A stretch of 64,000 nucleotides of DNA from Epithemia pelagica (taxonomy: Eukaryota; Protista; Bacillariophyta). Position numbers and translations under genes: made by a program. The stretch is taken from positions 1,798,001 to 1,862,000 of the forward strand of contig OX337228.1 in NCBI GenBank assembly GCA_946965045.2. The letters are read 5' to 3'. The notes beneath the pieces were generated by a model, which was not told where the DNA came from, did no database searches, and was given only the letters and a program-made list of their open reading frames with translations. Shown here one piece after another: positions 44,700 through 55,616 of the stretch. Each line of letters opens with the position of its first letter. The first letter of the stretch is position 1.

Positions 44700-47390
44700 C
44701 TAATCGAGGAAGTACTTGGATCCAGACCCCGTTCGGACAACCTGTCCAGAGACAAAGTCTCCCGACACAATCGGACTTGTCGTAACGCGTTCGCCTTCTC
44801 CAAAGTTTTTGGAACCAAATATAAGACCAGTTATCGAACCATCACGATTCTTTCTCCATTTCGTAATAGTAGGGACACCCTTGGGTGCTTTCTTCACTGG
44901 TTTTACCGGCGCTGCCGGCTTCTTGGTATCTTGTTTGGTTTCAGCGCCTCCGCCGAGTCCAAAGAGTGAAAATGTTCGGCTTGTAGCCGGGGCTTTTTCC
45001 AGTGCTTCTTTGGCCATTTTCGCTTCCCTTTCCTTCGCTTCTTTGGTCAGCGTAATGGTTGCACCTGGAATCGCCGCCAGCAAGGTCTTGATTGCACCCT
45101 TGTCGGCCACCACTGGAGCCGTGTCGGACAAAAAGTAGCGAGAACCACTTCCTGTCTTTACCACATTGCCATTCTCAATCTTCCCGCTTTCTATTACACT
45201 AGTTTCCACTCGCTCTCCTTCCTCGAAATTGGGAGAGCCATAAATGATTCCCGTGATACCACCGTCTCTACGCTGACGCCACTTGACAATTGTAGGCACA
45301 CCACGGGGAGCCCGAGTGGCAATGGGGCGTTTGGGTTTGGTGGCCGCTTTTTCGACGGTCTTGGGCTTCTTTTGTTGTGCTTGACGTTGTTTTTCTGCAG
45401 CGGCAGCTTCTCTAGCAGCCTTGGCTTCTTCTGCTTTGCGTTGTTTTTCCGCAGCAGCAGCTTCTCTAGCAGCCTTGGCCTCTTCTGCCTTGCGTTGTTT
45501 TTCTGCAGCGGCAGCTTCTCTAGCAGCCTTGGCCTCTTCTGCCTTGCGTTGTTTTTCTGCAGCGGCAGCTTCTCTAGCGGCCTTGGCTTCTTCTGCTTTG
45601 CGTTGTTTTTCCGCAGCAGCAGCTTCTTTAGCAGCCTTGGCTTGCTCATTTTGAAGTTGCTTGGAAGCAGCTGCAGCATCCTTGGAAGCCTTTGCTTTAT
45701 TGGCTGCGGCTGCTTTTTCCTTGGAGAGAGCCTCGCGACGTTCCTTTTCTTTCAGAGCCTTTTGGGCGGCAGCTTCCGCTCGCTTTGCGGCCGCCGCAGC
45801 GGTTGCTTCCATGGCGGCCTTGCGTTTACGAGCCGCTTCTTCCTTCGCCTTTACTGCCTTGGCTTCCGCTTCAGCTTTCGCAGCCGCGTCCTTTTGTGCC
45901 TTTTCTGCCGCTTGTTTGGCTTCTTGTTCAGCTCGTTTCTTATCCTTCAATTCTTTTTCTTTCTTGAGTTTTTCATTGATTTTGGCCGCCTTTTGCTTGT
46001 CGGCGGCACGTACCGGTGCATCGCGCACTGTCGGAGGAGGCCGCGGTTTGGGAGCTTCTGGAAACTTGATTGGTTCCACCTTGGGAAGAGCCATCTTGGG
46101 CATCTCTAGCTTGGGTAATTTAGGTGTATCCGCCTTGGGTGGGACAGTAGAAGGTGGTTTGGGTGGTGTTGGTGGAATGATTCGTGGTTTCTCGGACTCT
46201 AATTTGCCTTGCAGGTTACCCGCCAAATCCTTGGGAAAGGAAGCAATCTCTTCAACGACATCTTCCACCTTTTCTCCGACTGCCTTGACCGCCTTGCCAG
46301 GAATGGCGACAATCTCTTCGACTGTTTCTTCCACCTTTTGACCAGCTTTTTGGGCTGATTGGACCGCCGCATCCGCCACACGACCGGGCGTGGCTTGAAT
46401 TTCCCGCACAGCTGCTTCGGCAGTCCGTTCTGCCGCTTCGGCAACCTTGGTAGGAATGGCCTTGATTTCGGTTTCCACATTTTTGGCCGTGGTTTCAGCC
46501 GCATCAATAACTCGATCGGGTATCGCTTCAATTTCTTCCTTCACCTTGGTGGCCGCCTTGCCAGGAAGAGCGACAATTTCTTCGGCCGTATCTTGGGCCT
46601 TTTGCTTCACCGCCGACGTAACTCGCCCCGGAATTCCCGTAAACCATTGAAAGGCATTGCGAATGGACTTCTTAATGCCACCCACAATAGTTTCCCCAAA
46701 ACCAATCACCGGTTTGGCAAAAAGTGTACGAGAGACGGTACCTACCACAGAATCTTGACCCGCCGTCACAGCCGCAGTTCCCGATACAAAAACGGCTGTG
46801 GCCAAGGGTACAGCCAAGGCACTCTCATCTTGCAGGTCCAATGCATTCGGCAAATCGGTGCCAATCAAAATGGCGGCACCCAGTGTACCTCCCACCACGG
46901 CACCACCTACAGTAGCAGCCACAGCTTGTCCACGCAACTCGGCTTGTTTCTTTTGGGCAATCGGATCCAACTTGGGTGGTTGCGGAGGAGGAGGAGCTCG
47001 ACCGGCCTTGAACGCAGGTGTCGGTAGTTTTGGTGGTGACGGAGCCGCTGGTTTTTCGGCCGCCTTCTTGTCCGAAGACGCTGCTTCCCCCGCTTGCAAT
47101 GCATTTCGAGCTGCCTCCAAGGCCTCATCCACTTCTTTGGAAACTCCCTCAATATCGACACCCTCCTTTTCGTCCTCCGACTTTTCCCAAAGCCACACTC
47201 TCTCTCGTCCTTGTACTGGTTTCAAGAAATGGTTGTGTTGGTTGGGATTGTTGAGTCGGCCTACCAAACAAGAGGACGGTGCCACCTGAAAGGCCTCAAC
47301 GGCAAACAATGACACGGAGACCAGAAGCAACACTTCTAATAACATGCTGTGGCTAACCACTCGACGTGCAACGTCATGCTTCATTGCCAT
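44700..47390 (-). CDS. Large plastid-targeted membrane-anchored Ala/Lys-rich protein with two C-terminal repeated beta domains
   Basis: Signal+VEAF, hydrophobic helices, long AEK-rich stalk, and two W..DG.ITG.I.GS.NF.EGERV.TS.I..G....G.VV.TGSGS.YFL domains. Confidence 0.8.
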   Translation of the reverse strand: MAMKHDVARRVVSHSMLLEVLLLVSVSLFAVEAFQVAPSSCLVGRLNNPNQHNHFLKPVQGRERVWLWEKSEDEKEGVDIEGVSKEVDEALEAARNALQAGEAASSDKKAAEKPAAPSPPKLPTPAFKAGRAPPPPQPPKLDPIAQKKQAELRGQAVAATVGGAVVGGTLGAAILIGTDLPNALDLQDESALAVPLATAVFVSGTAAVTAGQDSVVGTVSRTLFAKPVIGFGETIVGGIKKSIRNAFQWFTGIPGRVTSAVKQKAQDTAEEIVALPGKAATKVKEEIEAIPDRVIDAAETTAKNVETEIKAIPTKVAEAAERTAEAAVREIQATPGRVADAAVQSAQKAGQKVEETVEEIVAIPGKAVKAVGEKVEDVVEEIASFPKDLAGNLQGKLESEKPRIIPPTPPKPPSTVPPKADTPKLPKLEMPKMALPKVEPIKFPEAPKPRPPPTVRDAPVRAADKQKAAKINEKLKKEKELKDKKRAEQEAKQAAEKAQKDAAAKAEAEAKAVKAKEEAARKRKAAMEATAAAAAKRAEAAAQKALKEKERREALSKEKAAAANKAKASKDAAAASKQLQNEQAKAAKEAAAAEKQRKAEEAKAAREAAAAEKQRKAEEAKAAREAAAAEKQRKAEEAKAAREAAAAEKQRKAEEAKAAREAAAAEKQRQAQQKKPKTVEKAATKPKRPIATRAPRGVPTIVKWRQRRDGGITGIIYGSPNFEEGERVETSVIESGKIENGNVVKTGSGSRYFLSDTAPVVADKGAIKTLLAAIPGATITLTKEAKEREAKMAKEALEKAPATSRTFSLFGLGGGAETKQDTKKPAAPVKPVKKAPKGVPTITKWRKNRDGSITGLIFGSKNFGEGERVTTSPIVSGDFVSGQVVRTGSGSKYFLD
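45384..45642 (-). repeat. ~4.8 tandem copies of a 54-bp unit encoding EKQRKAEEAKAAREAAAA
   Basis: Directly visible tandem repeat with synonymous variation. Confidence 0.92.
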
Positions 47391-48077
47391 TTTGACCAAT
47401 GAGTACTACTACAAATCGAACGAAAAAGGGTTCCAACTAGTGCTTCTCTCTCCCTTAACGCCCTCTCGTCTCCTGTTGTTCACGATGGGCTTCAGATACA
47501 CTCTGGCTGCCAGTTTGTTCTTACAACAATGACCAAACAGCACTTGTCGGGTATGCTCAAGCGATCGTCCCAGCGTCAAGGATGATTACGCCGCCAGCTT
47601 CAGCGTCCAGTAACCGAAGCAGTTGGATTTTACAAGATGTGCGCTGGATGGAGGTTTTCATTGAGGATCCAAGATACCGATATGGGGACGGCGGGGTTTT
47701 GGATCTTAACAAAACAGATTTTCTTGCATGGTAAATCAACCCCAGCGCTCAAGATCGTATCCTTGGGACCATCTGCCCATGATGCCTGCAACTGCGTCCG
47801 CCAGCCCCTAGCTAGGCTACCTACCGAAGTTTCCCGGTTGCCTATGCGTACCCTCTAGCCTAAAAGTGGAGAAAGGCATGATAAATGATAAGGGCAACAC
47901 TCTCGCAAATGAAAACGAAGATGTGTTGCTGCATCAATCTCTCCCTTGCCCTATCAAAGAACATTCCATCCGGAAAAGTAGGCAAACAATATTCGAACAA
48001 AGTGCCAACATGGGGGAACAACTCGTTGGATAGCCCATGCAACACATGGATGGATTGAACGGTAGTTTATGTAGTGT

Positions 48078-48813
48078 TTAATGGCGTCGGCGACCCGTGG
48101 AGCAAGTGTGCTGTCCACGGACGCGGACATTCCACCAGTGACGAAGACCTCGATGGGCTCGGATCTTCTTCATTCGTTCCACATCGTCACGCAAACTAGC
48201 GGCAATATTTTGGGCAAAGACTTGCGAGTACTTGCCCGTCTTGAAATCTTTTTGTCGATTCAGAAACCACAAAGGAATCTTGAATTGACGGGGATTTTGA
48301 ATGACAGCCACCAACTTTTCAATTTCATCGGCTGTCATTTCTCCGGCGCGCTTATTGACATCAATTTCCGCCTTTTTGCAAATCAAGTCCGAAAACCGAC
48401 GACCCAAACCACCAATTTTGGTCAAACCAAAGACAACATTACGCTTTCCTTCCACATTTGTATTCAGAATACGCAAAATATGCTGGAATTCGGGTCCTTG
48501 CATCAACGAGGAGGACCTGTCAAAGTAAGCATGAGAAAGTCTTGGTGTGAGAAACTTAAAATAGACGCAAGAAAGATTGATGCCACATCTCCAAAAGCAG
48601 AAAATCCGGTTCCATCATCCAAGCAATCTTTCAAACATATCCGTCGCTTGCATCGCTTTTCTAAACGCTCTGTTGTCCCAAGACGTAACATCGAGATATA
48701 GAACGTGAGCGCAATGAAGCGCTTGCGCTAAATCGTGGTTCCTCTGCTCTCTTGCTTCCAACCTGAACACCACTGTCCCATGCAGTAACCAACACGCCAT
48801 CTTCATCTTACAT
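48078..48813 (-). CDS. RPS18: 40S ribosomal protein S18 (uS13)
   Basis: [40 protein letters not shown]. Start inferred as AT|G across intron 48517-48811; the in-exon ATG at 48503 is an alternative. Confidence 0.95.
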
Positions 48814-49105
48814 GATTGTGTGTTCAACGTTCCCAACTTTAAACTATTGACGTGATCCGGAGTGTTGCTGCCAAGCAAGTCCACAGATGCAAGAAGAGGG
48901 AGGGAGTGCGTTGATATCGTAGTAAGGCGGTAGATGGCATGGAAAAATCTGAAGCGACCTTAATGCGACCAAGTTTTCATCATTATGAATCCGCCCCATT
49001 TCTGCCATCACATCATCACCCTTTTCATAGTCTTGAGATCAGAGGGTTTTAACTCCAACTCCGGCCTACTCAAGGAGATCCCAAGAAGAGTGTAATGTTG
49101 AAAAG

Positions 49106-50160
49106 ATGAGGCAGGGTTGGATCGACGAAGGCAAGGGCACACTTTTGGCCCTTATGATTCTAGTGACTACTCCTCACTGGTCTCAGACAGAGGCCTTTTC
49201 GGTTCATAGATTGGTGGACTCCAAGAACACCCTTGGAGGGAGTGGCGGCGCTGTTTTCCAGCCACAGTATGCGCAAACTGGTCTCCAGGGGTGGCAAGCT
49301 TTCCACTTACGGAAATCCTTCTCTGATCCTTTCACGAAGGGCATATTTCCACAAATACAACAACATCAATTGTCAAGGCGGAAGTGGAGGATAATGATGA
49401 CAAATTTCATGGAGGAAGCGGCGGTGGGTGCCACCGGGTTGTCCGAGTCCACCTTGTGGGTAGTGCGCATTGTTTCCGCTGTCTTGTCCTACATTGGTTT
49501 GGTTGTTTGGGTGGATCGTCCTCGAGGAGGATATTTGGCTGTGAATCCGGACAGTGACCTACTGATTCAACCCTCTTCAGTTCCAGGGGCGGGTTTGGGT
49601 CTCTTTTGCCAAACGGACTTGCCCAAGGGAACCGTCCTGGGAACCTATCCTGGAGTGATGCTTCCCATTAACGAGCGTACCTTGGCCAAGGTTCAACGAT
49701 ACCCGCAGTGCGAGGCATATGTATGGAGATTTTCCGACAATGCCTTTGTGTTGGATCCCACCAACGCAGTAGGGGAGTTGGAATCGACGTGTACTGGTGG
49801 AAGTGCGGCCTGGTGGGGGTCGTATTGGTTGTGTTCGCTGGTGGCTAGTGGGGGTGTGCCTACCACGCTTTGTCGAATCAATGAACCACCCATTGGAAAG
49901 GATGTCAACGTCATTACCGAAGAAGATATTGCAAGTGGAACTGTCACATTTGTCTTGGAACGGAATGTGGCAAAGGGCGAGGAGCTGTTCATAGATTACG
50001 GTACGAACACAAAATCTAAGAGGGATGTGCAACCGAACCGAAGCGGTCCTTTATGCACTCTCATCATTGTTGTTTTGCTTTTATGTTTCCACTGTTTGCA
50101 GGATTGACATACAATCGTGCCATGTATGGCCAGGTTTCCACGGAGGACAAAGATGAGTAG
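49106..50160 (+). CDS. SET-domain methyltransferase, probably plastid-targeted with one TM helix (2 exons)
   Basis: PGAGLGLF..LPKGTVLGTYPG, RINEPP, GEELFIDYG. Intron 50001-50101 gives DY|GLTYNRAMY. Signal+TEAF. Confidence 0.82.
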
Positions 50161-50712
50161 ATTCAGTTCATTGGATCGAGTCATTCTTGTATTCTGACAA
50201 GACATGCGACGTGTTTGTGTAGAAATGTTTTGATCCAGGTTTCTGCTTTGTTTCCATCTTGTTCTCGTATCAACAATTGTTTACTAGGGCAAAATTCCAT
50301 CATGTAGATGGCACAATAATGCATAGAAAAGATTTCAGACAATTCCATCATGTAGATGGCACAATGCACTACTACTCCTATCTTGGTTCACCACTTTCTA
50401 ATCATTATTGTTCTTATTTTAGAAGAGCATCTATACAAGAGAGCGTGAAAAATGATGCAAATCCGGTTCCCGGTTCTATATTCGGCAATGCGACACAGCA
50501 CCCTTCTGGATGCAACGTCCTTCTGGCGGGTGGTGGCTCGATCCTAGAAAGATTACACCCTCCATAGACAGTCGCCCGTGATTTATTGATGAAGAGTCGT
50601 GAGACACATTTCCATATGTACATTTTGTTCGTCGAGCCGGCATTGGTTGTCACGAGTAGCGTTGCTTTCTCGTTCGGTTCTCCTTATCATCATCGTCGTC
50701 ATCTTGTTAATA

Positions 50713-51420
50713 TTATGATGATCCCTTAACCAACCAGCGCGCAAATTGGAGTCGCCTCAATCGAAGCTCTTTGCGGACCAGTGCACAGAGAGGCTCCGAG
50801 ACTTCCACGAGCCACACAATTAAGTGAAAGAGACCCACCATCGAGGTTCCAATCAAGACACTGCAGCAAATCATGGGTATCGCTGAAACGACCAACAACC
50901 GAATTGACTCCAAGACAAACAATCTCCGTACATTTCGCCTGCGCAGCAAGTCCCGATGTCGTTCGTGTCGTTGCGAATCTTCAATACGTGTCAATCGTTG
51001 TTCCAATTGTGACAAGTAGTCGGCCATTTCCTTGTTGTTGGAGGCACCGGATTGGACTGGGTATGAAGAAGTGTTGGTGGACGCTGGAGTCGTGGACGAC
51101 GAGGAACATGGTTCTTGTTGATTAAGATTTGAAGACGACGAGGAGGAGGACTCTCTGGAGACGACCGGATCTTCTTGGTGGGGTTCCTTTCGAACCACAA
51201 CAAGTGCACCTTCCTGTTTGGAGTCTTTCTTGGCACGCTCTTGTTCTTTGGTCATTTTAGGCTGAAAGTAAGAGGCATAGACCTGCGGAGATGGCATCCC
51301 GACGCCTTCCACAACCACCGTCACAGAAGACATGACCACGGCAACGAGACCCAAACAGGTTGTGAGCCGCGGCCGGCCAGGAAAAGACGACGAAGAAGAA
51401 CGATCCAGAGTGATGATCAT
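50713..51420 (-). CDS. Hypothetical protein with C-terminal transmembrane segments
   Basis: Long ORF with an N-terminal hydrophobic stretch, Ser-rich linker, short coiled coil and hydrophobic C-terminus. No family recognised. Confidence 0.55.
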   Translation of the reverse strand: MIITLDRSSSSSFPGRPRLTTCLGLVAVVMSSVTVVVEGVGMPSPQVYASYFQPKMTKEQERAKKDSKQEGALVVVRKEPHQEDPVVSRESSSSSSSNLNQQEPCSSSSTTPASTNTSSYPVQSGASNNKEMADYLSQLEQRLTRIEDSQRHERHRDLLRRRNVRRLFVLESIRLLVVSAIPMICCSVLIGTSMVGLFHLIVWLVEVSEPLCALVRKELRLRRLQFARWLVKGSS

Positions 51421-51903
51421 GATTCCACTGAAGCGACACACCCTGACTGCGAAACAAATGGATCAAGCAAATAAGGGGACTTTGGACTATGGCTGTTGTC
51501 GTCGGGGTTTCCGGATGTTCTGTTCTGTTTGGGTTACAAACAACAAATGGGTAATGAATTCTGCTCTTCTTTGTGTCACACACTGTTGTGTGTGACAGGT
51601 GATGTGTCGCTGGATTTTTCGGTTCTCTTGCATTTTTCGGTGACTACCCAGATCTCAATGAATACACTTGTGATATAAACTTTATGATGAAAAGTATGCA
51701 CGAGATCTGGGAAGTCGTTTTCCGGGTGCGAGCGACAAGAATAGGATCTTTTCGGAGACCGACGGCGGAATTACCGGTACCGGGATGGGAAAATCCCCTC
51801 TGCTGGCTGCATTTTTTATTTTTTCCTCTGCTGTTTGCATTGCTTACCAACTTTCACTCTCTGCTTACGTTGTTCTCCCCACAGCTTGCTGGATTGTTTT
51901 ATC

Positions 51904-54900
51904 ATGGATCCTTATGGTTACGACGATGAAGATGAGGAGGAGGTGGAAGTGCATGAGGACACTATGGCCGTGGACGAAGACGAAGAGGAAGACGATGAAG
52001 AGGACGAAGAAGCACAGCCTTCACGATCGTCGACTTCACATGTTGCTGGAAAAGAACCACGTGGATCTTATCAAGACTCTGATGAGGATGAGGATGATGA
52101 TGATGATGGGATCCATGCTGTTGTTCCTTCTCCCAAACAATCTCAATCTGTCGTAGCAGCGGCGCCTCGAGGCAAACCCGAGGCCATGACGGCCAACATT
52201 ATGCGCGCCAAGGCTGCGGCTGCTCGTCGGGGACACGATCATGACGACGACGATGATTCTATGGATGAAGAGGAAGCGGTGGCAAGTCCAGTTTCACCAC
52301 CACCGCCGCCGCCACCCAAGAAAGGAACCCGGTCGCCCCGATCCAAAGCCTCGAAAGCGGAACCTCGCAAACGATCCACTTCAGCGGCAGCGTCCCGCAA
52401 AAAGGCTGCATCTTCACGCACAGGTGCTTCGACTGGTAGCAGCAGAAGTCGAAAGGACAAGAGTTCAGCTGCGGATGAAGATATGGCTGTAGAAAATTTG
52501 ATGGAGACACAGCCTACCGAGCCCATTTCTGACGCCGAGTATCAAAATTTGGATTCTCTCATGGAACAATTTTGTCGCGTTCCCTTGTTGGCCGAGTTTA
52601 GTCGCCCCGTGAAACTTTTGCACCCAGAGGTAAGAAAGGAACGAAAATGAATGACTTACAGTCTTTGCAGACACCGATACTGCCTTCGCTTGGGTCCTCA
52701 TCTCTCTGACCAAACCATTGTGTAATGGTGGCATCTGTTGATTCGCGCCTTTTTTTGTTTTGCTGCAGTTGGCTTCCATCTATTCCAAGATCATAACTCA
52801 CCCAGTAGATTTGGGTCATGTTTGTCGCGGTATTCGTCGTCGGCAATATCTGAATACTCGAGATCTGCGCCTGGACATGTGGCGTGTCTTTGGCAATTGC
52901 GTCAAGTTTCATTCTCATTCCGGCAATCGCGAGCCAATTCCATCCTTTGTTTCGATTGCCCTGCATCTCCGTGAGTATTTCAACAGCTTGTGGCAAGAAT
53001 ACATGTTGCCCTCAGAATTCCCCCTCGATGCGTCGGACACCCTCGTGGCCGCCCTCGCCCAAAGATCCGAAGAACGCAAAAAGCGATTGGAGAATTCCGG
53101 TGTTCTTATGATGAGCAAAACCTTTTTGACGCGAGTGTCGGCCTTGTTAGGAGATTTTATTGAACGGGGAGGGCGTACTGATATCCTCGATGCCGACCCC
53201 TTGTTTGATCCAGCCAATGGCGGTAGCAGCAACAAAAAGGCATCATCCAAGAATGAAGTTTGGGAAGTGGTACAAAATTTGCGCAGGTTGCAATCGGGTT
53301 TGGACGAAATGGCAAGTCGTCAGGAGGAATATAGCATCGATGATTTCAATCGAAGACTTCAAGAGTGCTATTCACGAAATGGGACCCTGGAAGACAATCC
53401 TGCCCTGCGGAATCGGTTTCGCAATCGATTGGACCGATTGCTGGGAAAGTTGACCGTCCCACTACATGAGGCCAATTCACGGGGAGTAACGCAATCCAGT
53501 ATTTGGGGCAATATTGCCACCACCATTTGGGCTCGGGAATCGGGCAAAAAGCCCTATTGGCCGGCACTATGTTTGGGTATATTGCCACCCGAAGATCAAC
53601 GAGAAGGCTGGCATGCCGCCGTCACGGAACGAAACGAATCCCGACTGCCGGAAAAGTTGAGACAACAATTAATGACGGCCAAGAAGAAATGTGAAACGGC
53701 ACAAAAGAAACAGTCGCTGAGTTACTTTTTGGTGGAATTTTTGGGGACTCATGAATTTATTTGGGTGAGAGAAACAGATATTGTGGAAAAATTCGATCCG
53801 AAGGATGATCCCAACAAGGTTGCCACGGCCGTAGGTGTTGGAGGAGGCAAAAAGAGAGCCTCCCGAAGTTCCATTTCTACGGTTGTGGGCTCCAAACAAT
53901 ATGCCACGGCATTGGAAGAATGCGAATGGGCCACGGACGAATTTGAACAAGTTTTGCAAGAAGCCTTTGATTATGAACCGGGAAAAGATGAACCGGGCAA
54001 TACAGAATCGGAAGAAGGAGAATTCATGAATTACAGTTACTCACTCCTTAACCAGTCCGACGAAGAAGCCGATACGGAGGATAAACACGGCTACGTGTAC
54101 GATGAATCAACCATGTCCATGTCCGATATTGAGGAAGCCAACTGGTTTTTGGCCCATGACGGTAAGGTGGATACCAGTGTTGATGCTCGCAAACAAGCCA
54201 AGAAACGTGCCCAAGCCTTACGGAAGAAAAAGGCAGAAGAAAAGCAAAAACGAGAAGCCGCGTTATTGACGCAGAAAAAGGAAAAGAGGAAAAAGATGGA
54301 TGCGAAACTCAAGGAGCGAGAGGCTCTGAAAGAACTCAAGGAACTGGAGCGTCGACGTAAAAAACGAAGCCGTGAGCGAGAAAAGCAATTGAAGAGTGAC
54401 AAAAAGAACAAGAAACGTCGCATATCGTCTGCGGACGCGGATCGTGAAGGTCGTGGTGGAAGTGGTGTGCTTCTGGATTCCGGCAATAAACGCTCTCGTG
54501 CAACAGCAATTGTCAAGGCCTTTGTCCATCGCATGGCCCAAAAGGGAGAATACCAAGGTTTGCATTTGGGTGGATCATCCGTGATCCCCGTCGCGACGAT
54601 CGAAAGTTCCCGCTTATTAAGTCTGGCTTTGGCTTTTCGGGTGTCAGCCGGAGAGTTGGACGATAGTGATGGAACCAATGTCCGCCCCATGGCCAAACCT
54701 TACGAGAAAATTGACACCGACAGTCGACACTTGACGGAAGAAACACGAATTGCCAATTTGAAGGAAAAGTTTCGATTACTGGAACAAGAAATTGAACGTG
54801 TTAGGGGCAATACTCGAAGACGCAAAGAATTGTTGCATACCGAGCTCTTCCGACAAGCGCATCGAGAAGAACAGATCCGGGAAGACGACCAGTCCGCGCG

Positions 54901-55351
54901 CTTCAATGTTTTCGGATCCTTCAAAAAGAAAAAGAGGGCATCAGCCGCAGCCAAGGGAGGCAAGCCGTTGCGGGCCACCCCTCCGTCGACAGTGACGGCG
55001 GAGCCGGCTGTTGCCAAAACTACCTCGGTACGCGGTCATTTCCCTCCTCCTCAGGTTGACGGTGACGAGAGCGGTTCGGAAAGCGCGGTGATTCCAGCCC
55101 GAAGAAAAGACCATGACGATGAGGATGATGAGCTCAACAGTGCAGGTGGTGACAGCGGCAGTGGTGGTGGTGGTCCAGACGAGGATGAGCCGCTGGCTGG
55201 TGGGGCCATGAATGACTATGATGACGACGAGGAGGACGAGGAGGCTGTTGCAAGTACTGCTGGTCCGGAGGCTATGGAAGAAGACGCGGAAGATCAAGAT
55301 GACGACGAGGAGGACGAGGACGATGAAGAGGACGAGGACGACGACCAATAG
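51904..55351 (+). CDS. Bromodomain + PWWP chromatin-reader protein (2 exons)
   Basis: FSRPVKLLHPE|LASIYSKIITHPVDL..MWRVFGNCVKF (bromo, intron 52630-52768). IWARE..PYWPA..LVEFLGTHEFIWV (PWWP). Acidic termini. Confidence 0.85.
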
Positions 55352-55616
55352 AGGTCTATAAACTCTCATATCGTTTGCTTACAACCAGAACGAGTTGCCC
55401 CATCTTTCACACCAAGAGGAGATGTTTTTGTTGCCATTTCCAGCACTTGTGCGGGTAGCGGAGAATGAGTACCTAGCCCCGCGACCCGCGACTGAAACTC
55501 CACAGTGCGACTGGAAAGATGATTTGCCTTGTTGAAGCTGTGAGCATCATGATGGCGATGTGATGGCGACGATGTACAAGGGCGACTTAAACTACAACCA
55601 TTAACCTTTCACGCAC

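Noticed and set aside
50293-50365. CRISPR-like repeat-spacer-repeat
   Set aside because: Only two repeats, in a eukaryotic context with no cas genes.
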